From Verrucomicrobiota bacterium (lineage in GTDB: Bacteria > Verrucomicrobiota > Verrucomicrobiia > Limisphaerales > Palsa-1400), in NCBI GenBank assembly GCA_049510745.1, contig JBEKYR010000035.1:1-55995 (forward strand): a stretch of DNA of 55,995 bases, written 5' to 3'. How positions within the stretch are numbered: position 1 is the stretch's first letter; every line of letters begins with the position of its first letter. Shown here piece by piece: positions 48,901 to 55,995 of the stretch. Position numbers and translations under genes: made by a program. The notes under the pieces are model-generated. The model did no database searches, had not been told where the DNA came from, and worked only from the letters and a program-made list of their open reading frames with translations.

Positions 48901-49973
48901 GCATCCAGGTGCTCGCGCCCGATTCGGCGCTGGCCGCCATTTCCCCTGACGGGGCCGATCTGACGATTAACGTCTCGGGCAACGTGGATATGACATCCTC
49001 AAAAATTGCCGATGAAGGGCTGCTGGGCGGCTTGCAATTAACCGTCGGCCATACGCTCGACGTGGGCGGCCAATTCACCACCTTTGGCGATCCCAACGCC
49101 GCCAAAGGCATTTTCACCACCAGCGGCGGCGGCATTTCGATCACGGCCGGCGGCGACGTGAACGTGGATGGCTCGCGCATCGCCACTTACGACGGCGGCA
49201 ATATCAATATCCGCTCCACCACCGGCGACGTGAACGCCGGCTCCGGCGGAGTGGGCTACGTCACAATGGAGGGCCTGGAACTGAACCCTCACACCGGGAA
49301 GTTGGTTGCCATTCCGGCCACGATTGCCGGCAGCGGCATTTTGGCCACGACACTGCCCGGCTCTGACGGCCTGCTGGGCAACATCACCATCGACACGCCG
49401 GAAGGAAGCATCAACGCCAGCGCGGGCGGCATCATCCAGATCGCCCTCAACGGCGCCGATTCACACAATAATTCCATCACTCTCAACTCCGGCAAGGATA
49501 TCGACGCCGCCGGCTCCGGCATCATTGGCGCCAATCTGCAACTCAACGCGGGCGGCAACGTCAACGGCATCCTCGTCAGCACCGGAGGGATTCAAGTCCA
49601 ATCATTGGCCAACGTTAACGTGACGGCGTTTGGCCGCGGCGACGTCTCCATCTCCGCCGTGGGCGAGGTCACCGGCACCGTCATCACCAGCGGCGCCGCC
49701 AGCGTGAGCGGTGAATCCATCACCGCGGCCCTGATCTCCCAGTCGGTCTCCACTTCCGGCAATACGACCGCCGCCGCCCTCGGCGTCCCGGCCTCCAACG
49801 TCACCAAGGAAGACGCCAAGGTGGCCGACGACGCCTCGGCCGCGGTCGTCAAGGCCGATGAAACCGCCAGCGACGACGACCAGAAGAAAAAGCACAACAC
49901 CACCACCCTCGCGCAAAAAGCCGGTCGCGTCACCGTCCTTTTGCCGGGCAAGAAGAACCCCACCCATTTATGA
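45921..49973 (+). CDS. TpsA filamentous-hemagglutinin-family exoprotein (1350 aa)
   Basis: Signal peptide, TPS domain (NWSSFNI, NPSQIFGSLDANGTVILANAHG), GGNVEVS...LLDP and Gly/Thr/Asn-rich beta-helix repeats. Confidence 0.92.
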   Translation: MKAKLHPRRFARWLTLCLALGAAGHAPANPAGLTVKSGSASAQSAGSQLTVSTGPLTLLNWSSFNIQKGETTTFVQPSANSVVFNVIGDSNPSQIFGSLDANGTVILANAHGFYFGPNSVINVGGSFVASTAPLRPDLGAGAGWEFTGLPPLARIVNYGQISAGQGHSLFLIAENVENHGELIAPGGSVGLYAGQEVLVTERADGRGLSAAVKLPAGSVDNSGRLIADAGTIAMRAQVVNQNGVIQADSVREQNGTIELVAASQLNLGPNSQILAHGDDSPPDSPGGGVTLKSGHTFVDSIGSQIITSGGAHGGNGGNVEVSAPNILSLDSRMDASAQTGFTGGQLLLDPANITLGTSGSGSAGTGTVAAGSGSGTLQLNVNSAFANKNVSQITLQATANITLAAGTVWNLSKSTGEQSGLLTLQAGGNIVFGNNSQIVDANNWSVTLQAGVNFTSGAVQPGVGSIYLNGGSGLKLNGTVQTSGGDITMTAGQDILAGTGGIRTVGGGNINLQAISGDINAGTGNGGYQFSIFGYSVGASPGGIATAAGGNVTLQAGDDIISTPTVPSGQPPGASGAYGSQPGNVTLIAGNQILGNYTLANGVGTVLAGVQVQNGQVTQILDPTADVGSSTRPVSLSLIDGSWNVWAARNLYIGEVRNPDGTFNNNALTVPAGEFSGNTDNPTVPVRTQFLFDYAPNAAANFWAGDGITLVGGNLPRVLGQNQDMPPIYPPILTLNAGAGGITIDNPIILYPSSQGALQLITSAGGDLAGAYLQGTLTGITMSDSGLPGFATFSQGHATTPLHLNDPNAVVADISGDIDSFGLTVPTFAQIAVAGSTYNFGFLGQNLSHSQTTSITVAGDITYRGDLTSVPLATPLPKALFNAALSGDGEVAGKLRYDASTGTLTFIGQMSATELAFLLNPFELVLNQSGKPILGANGQPLTKPLTLTAGQQAALQQLYTASQTATLGDQGLAVAGPGHFEVNARNIDLGISGGIQVLAPDSALAAISPDGADLTINVSGNVDMTSSKIADEGLLGGLQLTVGHTLDVGGQFTTFGDPNAAKGIFTTSGGGISITAGGDVNVDGSRIATYDGGNINIRSTTGDVNAGSGGVGYVTMEGLELNPHTGKLVAIPATIAGSGILATTLPGSDGLLGNITIDTPEGSINASAGGIIQIALNGADSHNNSITLNSGKDIDAAGSGIIGANLQLNAGGNVNGILVSTGGIQVQSLANVNVTAFGRGDVSISAVGEVTGTVITSGAASVSGESITAALISQSVSTSGNTTAAALGVPASNVTKEDAKVADDASAAVVKADETASDDDQKKKHNTTTLAQKAGRVTVLLPGKKNPTHL

Positions 49974-50761
49974 CAACCCTTAGCGCCACCCCCATGTTTG
50001 CCGCCGGCGCGTTGCAATTCGCATTCGAAAAAGCGACCATCGAAGGCAAGCTCACCATCCTGACGTTGTTCGTCCTCTCGCTTTTTAGCTGGACGATCAT
50101 CATTACCAAATTCCGGCAGCTTCACCTCGCGCGAAAATGGGCCAGGCGATTTTTCGCCGCCTACGGTTCCACCCGCGACCCGCTGGACATCAAACGGCGC
50201 GGCGAGGTCTTTGTCGGCGCTCCCGCCTATCAGCTTTATATCCGCGGGGCCGACGAACTGGATTATCACCTCAAACAGAATCCCGTGCTGATCAACGGCC
50301 AAAGACGCATCAGCCCGGCGTCCTTTGAAGCGGTGAAAGTCGCGCTGGAAGAGGCGGCGGCGGCCGAGGCGCTTTCGTTGGAAAAGGGGATGATTGTGCT
50401 TTCCACGGCGGTGGCGGGCGGGCCGTTCATTGGTCTGTTGGGGACGGTTTGGGGGGTGATGGAAACCTTCGCGGGCATCGCGCGGGCCAGTTCCGCCAGC
50501 CTCACGGCCATGGCTCCCGGCGTGGCGGGGGCGCTCATCGCCACCGTCACCGGCCTGCTGGTCGCCATCCCGGCGATGTTCGCCTACAATTTCATGGTCA
50601 CCACCATACGCGCCATCACCCAGGAATTGGACGGTTTTGCCACCCGTTACGCCACGCAAATCGACCATATCTATGTGGACAACCGGGACCTGGAGGACAA
50701 GATCGCCGGCGCCATCAAGCGGATGGAGAAGATGGAGAACTCTTCCGCGCTCGTCGCATGA
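49970..50761 (+). CDS. exbB: MotA/TolQ/ExbB proton-channel protein
   Basis: GPFIGLLGTVWGVM and PGVAGALIATVTGLLVAIPA. Confidence 0.9.
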   Translation: MTTLSATPMFAAGALQFAFEKATIEGKLTILTLFVLSLFSWTIIITKFRQLHLARKWARRFFAAYGSTRDPLDIKRRGEVFVGAPAYQLYIRGADELDYHLKQNPVLINGQRRISPASFEAVKVALEEAAAAEALSLEKGMIVLSTAVAGGPFIGLLGTVWGVMETFAGIARASSASLTAMAPGVAGALIATVTGLLVAIPAMFAYNFMVTTIRAITQELDGFATRYATQIDHIYVDNRDLEDKIAGAIKRMEKMENSSALVA

Positions 50762-51168
50762 TGAAAAAGTGTTCCCGCAGCGCGCATCACACGCTTACGG
50801 AGTTGAACATCACTCCTTTGCTCGACCTGGCCTTTGTGCTCCTGGTGATCTTCATCATCACGACCACGCCGCTGGTGAACGATCTGGATTTGAAACTGCC
50901 CACCGCCTCCAGACACGAGAAAGACCCGCCCCGCAAGGCCAATTATATTACCGTCGAGGCCGGCGGCAGAATATGGATCAATAAGAAAGCCGTGGACATG
51001 GCCGAACTGCAGGGGACGCTGGCCGGCCTGCGCGTGGACGATCCTGACCTGAGTGTCATTGTGCGGGGCGACGGCAAGGCGAAGTACCGGCAAATCCGCG
51101 CCGTGCTCGACGCCTGCCAGCAGGCCAACGTGGTAAAAGTGGATTTGGCCACCGAAACCGCCAAGTAG
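50758..51168 (+). CDS. exbD: ExbD/TolR protein
   Basis: LNITPLLDLAFVLLVIFII and VIVRGD; ATG 50758 overlaps the exbB stop. Confidence 0.9.
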   Translation: MMKKCSRSAHHTLTELNITPLLDLAFVLLVIFIITTTPLVNDLDLKLPTASRHEKDPPRKANYITVEAGGRIWINKKAVDMAELQGTLAGLRVDDPDLSVIVRGDGKAKYRQIRAVLDACQQANVVKVDLATETAK

Positions 51169-51180
51169 GAGGAACCCGCC

Positions 51181-51885
51181 ATGTTGCCGCAAAGTCCAGC
51201 CCGTCCGGAGCAAAACTCGCCCAAGGTCAACCTGCTGATTTCGCTGGCCTTCCACGGGGCCGTCGTTCTGGCGCTGGTTTTTTTCGCCGCGCGCGAGGGT
51301 TTGCTTGGCGAGCAATTGAAAAAAATCACCGTCGAGATGGTGAAGGAAACGCCGCCGGAAAAACCCAGGGAACCGGAAAAGCCGGCGATGGAACCGCCCA
51401 AAGCGGAACCGCCCAAAATCGTTGAGGCCCCGAGATTTGAAGCCGCCAGAGTCGAGCCGCCGAAAGATAGCGGGCCGGCTCCGCCGGCCGCCGCGGTCAG
51501 CGCGCCCGCCGCGGTTGCGCCGGCGGCGGCGGAATTGCCGTCATTCGAGTTCGGCGGCGGCAAAGCGGTGCAGACCAGTTCGGACCCCGTGTTGCTTTAC
51601 AGCGCCGCGGTGGAGTTCGCGCTGCGCTCAAAATGGCGCCGCCCCGCCAACATCGCCGACGACAATTACGCGGCCGAAGTGGAGGTGACGGTGGATCGCG
51701 ACGGACACCTCAGCGATCCCGTATGGAAGAAAGGTTCCGGCGACGCGCGCTGGGATGATTCCGTGCGCCAGGCGGTCGCCGCCACAAGGAATCTGGACCG
51801 GCCACCGCCGGCGAACTTTCCCCGGCGTGTCCTGGTCCGCTTTGACGTTGAGGATGTGACGGAGCCTGTGGGGATCAGCGAATGA
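51181..51885 (+). CDS. TonB/TolA-like energy transducer
   Basis: TM helix with S-x3-H (SLAFH), Pro/Glu/Lys linker and C-terminal domain (VTVDRDG...SGDARWDDSV...PP). Confidence 0.85.
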   Translation: MLPQSPARPEQNSPKVNLLISLAFHGAVVLALVFFAAREGLLGEQLKKITVEMVKETPPEKPREPEKPAMEPPKAEPPKIVEAPRFEAARVEPPKDSGPAPPAAAVSAPAAVAPAAAELPSFEFGGGKAVQTSSDPVLLYSAAVEFALRSKWRRPANIADDNYAAEVEVTVDRDGHLSDPVWKKGSGDARWDDSVRQAVAATRNLDRPPPANFPRRVLVRFDVEDVTEPVGISE

Positions 51886-52304
51886 AGAAAACCAACCAGA
51901 GCCATCACGGCACGCTGGCGGCGTTGAACATCACGCCGTTGCTGGACCTGGTTTTCGTGCTGCTGGTCATCTTCATCATCACGACGCCGCAATTGATGAA
52001 TAATCTGGAGATGGCGCTGCCCTCAGCCAAACCGCCTGTCATCCAACCCGGCCAGCCAAAACCGAAGTTCAACAAAATAATTGTTGACGAAAAAGGCCAA
52101 ATCCAGTTGAACGGCGAAGCCCTGACCCTTGCCGCCCTGAAGAACAAGCTGCGCCGGTTGAAGGCCGATGATCCCGGTCTGAGCGTGGTGGTCAAAGGCG
52201 CCGACGAGGTTGATTACCAGGACATGGTCGATGTCCTGGACCTGCTCCGGCAACTGGACATCACCAAAGTGGGGCTGGCGACCGAGGCGGCCGGGAATGG
52301 ATGA
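51882..52304 (+). CDS. exbD: Second ExbD/TolR protein
   Basis: LNITPLLDLVFVLLVIFII and VVVKGAD...ITKVGLAT. Confidence 0.9.
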   Translation: MKKTNQSHHGTLAALNITPLLDLVFVLLVIFIITTPQLMNNLEMALPSAKPPVIQPGQPKPKFNKIIVDEKGQIQLNGEALTLAALKNKLRRLKADDPGLSVVVKGADEVDYQDMVDVLDLLRQLDITKVGLATEAAGNG

Positions 52305-52452
52305 AGGATGAAGGATGAAGTTCGGGGATATGAACCTTGGTTGACCTTGACCGGCTTGACCGCGCTTGGTTTTTTTTTGGGGGGGGGTAACTTGCAAGCT
52401 GCTTTCGTTGTGCGGCTTAGTCAAATTGTTCATTTGTGGAGCAGGCCCGGCT

Positions 52453-53472
52453 TCAAATCTTTTTGACCTTCCAGGCCATGTCCAACAAGTCCCGGTTGTA
52501 AGGTTCGGGCACCACACCTTCGGCGGCATAAAGATAGAGGGCGCATCGGTAAACGTGGCCGGCGACACCGGAAACGTAAGCCACGAAAAGCAGGCCGAGC
52601 ACCCAGATCACTCCGGCGATGACGATGAGCCAGACGCTCTTAAGAAGCAGCGCGAGCGCGCCCGCCAGCAGCAACGGCAGCAGCGAGCAGCCGAAGATCA
52701 CCACGCTCCCGGCGGAAAATCCAAGGTAACCGATCAGGCCCTCGCCCCAGGTCCGCTTCAACGTCATCGCGGATTGCTGGAGAATCTTTATGGGGTTGCG
52801 CATCGGTTGCTCCTGGATGATGACCGGAATGGCAAAGACCGCCGCAATGCTCCAGGCCATGCCGATCAGTCCGGTGACGATCCGGCCAGCCCACGGCAGG
52901 CGTTCCTCGATGGCGCGGATGATCCATCCGACCACGCCGGCCAAAAGAGACCAGGCGAGAATGGAGGGCAATCGGCTGCGAGCCATGCTGAGACCGCGCC
53001 GGAAAGAAACGCCCCTGCCGTTGAGGGCGGCGATGATCTCGCTGTAAAAGGCGACGTTGAAAAAGGTGGCCAGAAACATCGAGACAAGATAAAGCACGAG
53101 CAAACAAAGCCAACCCCAAGGGAAGCCGCGCGCGGCGACGGGATGGCCGGATTTGTCCGTGGCAGCGGAACGGCCGGTGAGCAGAACGCTCAGGGTTTCA
53201 GACGCCCCGGCGGCGGGGTCGCGGGGTTTGGGTTGGACGGCAGGCGCGGGGAGGTAATAGTCCTTCAGGGCCACCCAATGTTGCTTTTGATTGAGATGGT
53301 AACCGGTGTGATGCAGAACCACCGGGAGCGCCATCGCCGACAGAAAGAAAAGGGCGATGAACGCCGTCAGAAACGTGGTCAGGACGGGGAACCAGAGCAG
53401 TTTGCGATAGCGCAGGGTGACGGTGATGGAAGCTTTGAAAAGCTGCCAGCTTTGTTCGAATTTCGCGATCAT
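52453..53472 (-). CDS. Multi-pass membrane protein (DUF6159-like)
   Basis: SWQLFKAS...LLWFP, FFNVA, TWGE and YRCALYLYA. Confidence 0.75.
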   Translation of the reverse strand: MIAKFEQSWQLFKASITVTLRYRKLLWFPVLTTFLTAFIALFFLSAMALPVVLHHTGYHLNQKQHWVALKDYYLPAPAVQPKPRDPAAGASETLSVLLTGRSAATDKSGHPVAARGFPWGWLCLLVLYLVSMFLATFFNVAFYSEIIAALNGRGVSFRRGLSMARSRLPSILAWSLLAGVVGWIIRAIEERLPWAGRIVTGLIGMAWSIAAVFAIPVIIQEQPMRNPIKILQQSAMTLKRTWGEGLIGYLGFSAGSVVIFGCSLLPLLLAGALALLLKSVWLIVIAGVIWVLGLLFVAYVSGVAGHVYRCALYLYAAEGVVPEPYNRDLLDMAWKVKKI

Positions 53473-53870
53473 AATGTTGGGGTGTTCCTTTCTTTGATGA
53501 AACTTAACAGTTCGCTTTCGGTCAGGCCGCTGCTGGCCGCGTCAGCCAACAGCCGGTGATAAAGGTCTTTGAGCCTGGCGTTTTTCTCCCTGGCGCCGGG
53601 CGCGGGCGGCTGGGCCTGGATGAAGGACCCGCTGCCGCGTTCGCTGACGATGATGCCCTTGAATTCAAGCTCGCGGTACGCCTTGGCCACCGTGTTGGAG
53701 TTCACATTCAAGCGCTCGCTCAACGCGCGGATGGTGGGCAATTGGTCGCCGGGTTTGAACGCGCCCGCCGCCACCGCGGCGCAGGCCTGGTTGATGATCT
53801 GGCGGTAAACCGGGATGCCCGAATTATACTCGACCTGCCATTGATCCAAGACGTTGTCAGCCATAAGCAT
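53469..53870 (-). CDS. GntR-family regulator, YtrA subfamily
   Basis: PVYRQI, PGDQLPTIRALS, VNSNTVAKAYRELE and RGSGSF, with a short C-terminal helix. Confidence 0.92.
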   Translation of the reverse strand: MLMADNVLDQWQVEYNSGIPVYRQIINQACAAVAAGAFKPGDQLPTIRALSERLNVNSNTVAKAYRELEFKGIIVSERGSGSFIQAQPPAPGAREKNARLKDLYHRLLADAASSGLTESELLSFIKERNTPTL

Positions 53871-53889
53871 TTATGTCCTATTTAAACCT

Positions 53890-53909
53890 TATACTAGTAA
53901 ACTACTACA
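53890..53909 (-). promoter_or_regulatory. Candidate YtrA-type autoregulatory operator
   Basis: Minus-strand TGTAGTA-N6-TAGTATA imperfect palindrome downstream of TTGACG (53927-53922). Confidence 0.4.
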
Positions 53910-54055
53910 CTGGGCGGGACTCGTCAAGGAATATTTATGTTAATATTTAAAAGGGTCCGTTCCTATGAATTCCCGGTGATGAGATTTTCTGTTTTTGGCT
54001 GTTGACTTCGGGCGGGGCTTTGGTAGGTTCACCGCTCCCTGGAAAAGGGTTTTTG

Positions 54056-54490
54056 ATGAAAACGTATTTGCCTAAAGATCATTTGAAGCAGCGCAAATGG
54101 CACGTGGTCGATGCCAACGGGGCCGTTTTGGGCCGCCTGGCCGTCCAGGTCGCCAATATCTTGCGCGGCAAGGACAAGCCTGTTTTTACGCCGCACTTCG
54201 ACGCGGGGGATTTCGTGGTGGTGATTAACGCGGAAAAGGTCCGCCTCACCGGGAAGAAGGAGACGGACAAGGAGTTCATGTCGTATTCGGGCTGGAAGGG
54301 CGGGGAGAAATACGCCTCGGTGGCGCAAGTGCGGGCGCGGCACCCGGAAAAACTCATCACCCACGCCGTGCGCGGCATGGTGCCAAAAAACCGCCTGGGG
54401 CGCGTTTTGATGACGAAGCTCAAAGTCTATAAGGGCAGCGAACACCCGCACGCCGCGCAGCAGCCGGCGACGTTGACGCCGGCCAAATAA
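54056..54490 (+). CDS. rplM: 50S ribosomal protein L13
   Basis: WHVVDA...LGRLA...LRGKDKP.FTPH.D.GDFVVVINAEKV...GMVPKN.LGR. Confidence 0.97.
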   Translation: MKTYLPKDHLKQRKWHVVDANGAVLGRLAVQVANILRGKDKPVFTPHFDAGDFVVVINAEKVRLTGKKETDKEFMSYSGWKGGEKYASVAQVRARHPEKLITHAVRGMVPKNRLGRVLMTKLKVYKGSEHPHAAQQPATLTPAK

Positions 54491-54507
54491 CCCACACTGA
54501 AGTTTCT

Positions 54508-54903
54508 ATGGCAGAGATTAAAGAATTTCTTGGCACGGGACGCCGCAAAACCGCCGTGGCGCGGGTCCGCATGGCTGCCGGCTCCGGAAAAATCGTGGTC
54601 AATGGCCGGCCTTTTGAGAATTACTTCACAACCGATGCCCTGCGCACGGTGGTGTCAACGCCTTTGGTGGTGACGGAAAGCGCCGCCAAGTTTGACATCC
54701 GGGTGAAGGTGGAGGGGGGCGGGCCAAACGGGCAGGCCGGGGCGGTTCGCCACGGGATCGCGCGGGCGTTGTTGCTGGTGGACGCGGCGTTGCGTCCGGC
54801 ATTGAAGTCGGCGGGCCTGTTGACGCGCGATCCGCGCATGAGGGAACGCGAGAAGTACGGCCAGCCCGGCGCGCGGAAACGCTTCCAGTATAGCAAGCGG
54901 TAA
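54508..54903 (+). CDS. rpsI: 30S ribosomal protein S9
   Basis: GTGRRKTAVARV, GGG..GQAGAVRHGIARAL and TRDPR...KYG..GARKRFQYSKR. Confidence 0.97.
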   Translation: MAEIKEFLGTGRRKTAVARVRMAAGSGKIVVNGRPFENYFTTDALRTVVSTPLVVTESAAKFDIRVKVEGGGPNGQAGAVRHGIARALLLVDAALRPALKSAGLLTRDPRMREREKYGQPGARKRFQYSKR

Positions 54904-54973
54904 TTGCCGGATTGTTTGGAGCGGGGCGCATTCCGGCTTGCCTCTGCGGCAAGCGGGGGGCACATAAATTCCC

Positions 54974-55995
54974 ATGACAGATCAGACGAAGGTTGCCATC
55001 GTGGGCGCGTCCGGCTATTCGGGCGAGGAATTGGTCAGGCTGCTGTTGCGGCATCCGCAGGCGGAACTGGCGGCGGTGACGTCGCGGCAATACGCCGGAC
55101 AGGGGCTGGGGCAGGTTTTTCCGAAATACGCCAACGAGCCGCGCGCCAAGGGGCTGCGTTTTAGCGAGCCGAAGCCGGAGCTATTGGCCAGGGCGGCCGA
55201 AGTGGTGTTTCTGGCGCTGCCGCACGGAGTGGCGGCGGAGTTCGCCGCGCCGCTGCTCGAACTGGGCTGCCAGGTGATCGACTTGAGCGCGGATTTCCGG
55301 CTGAAAAGCGCCGCGCGTTACAAGGAGTTCTACGGCCACGATCATCCCGCGCCGGAATTGCTGGAAAAAGCGGTTTATGGCCTGCCGGAGAGGTATCGCG
55401 CCGAGATCAAGGGCGCTTCATTGATCGCATCGCCGGGCTGCTATCCGACCAGCGTATTGACACCGGTGTTGCCGTTGCTCAAGGCGGGGTTGGTGAGGAG
55501 CAGGGGCATGATCGCGGATTCGTTGAGCGGCATCAGCGGAGCGGGGCGGAAAGTGGAGTTGGAATATCTCTTTGGCGAATGCCACGAGAGCGCGCGGCCT
55601 TACGGCATCCCGAAGCACCGGCATCTGTCGGAAATGGAGGAACAATTGAGCCTGGCGGCGGGCGAGACGGTGGTGCTGCAGTTTTCGCCGCACCTGATCC
55701 CGATTCATCGCGGCATCCTGACGACGCTCTATCTAGCGCCCGCGCGGCCTTGCGGAGAGGAGAAAGAAAGGGCGGCGTTGCGGGAACAGATCGCGGATTG
55801 TTACCAGGCGGCTTACGGGGCGGAGCCGTTTGTCCGGCTGCTGGAGGGGAAGGCGCTGCCGGACACCAAAACAGTGGCGGGCAGCAACGTGATTGAAATC
55901 GCCTGGCGCCTGGACCCGCGCACGGGGCGGCTGATTGTGATGAGCGCGCTGGATAACATCACCAAGGGCGCCAGCGGCCAGGCGGTGCAAAGCAT
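54974..55995 (+). CDS. argC: N-acetyl-gamma-glutamyl-phosphate reductase (runs off the window end; not in the ORF track)
   Basis: My translation: MTDQTKVAIVGASGYSGEELVRLLLRHP, FLALPHG, DLSADFR, SPGCYPT, SGAGR, HRHLSE and DNITKGASGQAVQ. Confidence 0.95.
   Translation, partial: MTDQTKVAIVGASGYSGEELVRLLLRHPQAELAAVTSRQYAGQGLGQVFPKYANEPRAKGLRFSEPKPELLARAAEVVFLALPHGVAAEFAAPLLELGCQVIDLSADFRLKSAARYKEFYGHDHPAPELLEKAVYGLPERYRAEIKGASLIASPGCYPTSVLTPVLPLLKAGLVRSRGMIADSLSGISGAGRKVELEYLFGECHESARPYGIPKHRHLSEMEEQLSLAAGETVVLQFSPHLIPIHRGILTTLYLAPARPCGEEKERAALREQIADCYQAAYGAEPFVRLLEGKALPDTKTVAGSNVIEIAWRLDPRTGRLIVMSALDNITKGASGQAVQS

Noticed and set aside
45921..49973. CdiA/CdiB contact-dependent inhibition system
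   Set aside because: There is no VENN/pre-toxin motif, toxin domain or immunity ORF; exbB follows immediately.

Overview
High-GC bacterial chromosome segment, most consistent with Verrucomicrobiota (Pedosphaera/Limisphaerales-like). This rests on GloVer-type repeat and H-X9-DG prepilin proteins, OB-fold-rich NarL-type sensors and C-terminal 'FYR' domains. From left to right it holds: (1) a redoxin, a Zn-dehydrogenase, a secreted repeat protein and tRNA-fMet; (2) an island-like block after the tRNA with a basic DNA-binding-like protein, a dead integrase-core transposase and a SusCD-less beta-1,3-glucan locus (GH16, CBM-like, GH149-like phosphorylase, GH158-like, MFS, prepilin, repeat surface protein, two-component system), ending near an MNT-HEPN toxin-antitoxin pair; (3) a candidate leader-peptide attenuator ahead of a hypothetical/antiporter/waaA operon, and a Ser/Thr kinase; (4) cysI-cysH-cysD-cysNC; (5) an accessory block with a 2,920-bp cargo-carrying IS1595 element (26-bp TIRs, 8-bp TSD) splitting a HEAT-like gene, an IS66 remnant and a radical SAM/SPASM gene with a coupled small membrane ORF; (6) a tight operon of YezD/DUF2292, M14 hydrolase, PstS-like binding protein, surface protein, TpsB, TpsA, ExbB, ExbD, TonB and ExbD, with no TonB-dependent receptor; (7) a YtrA-type GntR with a membrane protein, rplM, rpsI and the 5' part of argC. 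Block (6) is the best candidate for an undescribed system. Its two small secreted proteins have no Cys or Met in 610 mature residues, the binding protein's phosphate motif is altered, and a 19-nt hairpin motif recurs. Together these suggest a sulfur-starvation scavenging machine built from a two-partner secretion pair and a TonB motor. All family calls are by motif recognition, without database searches.
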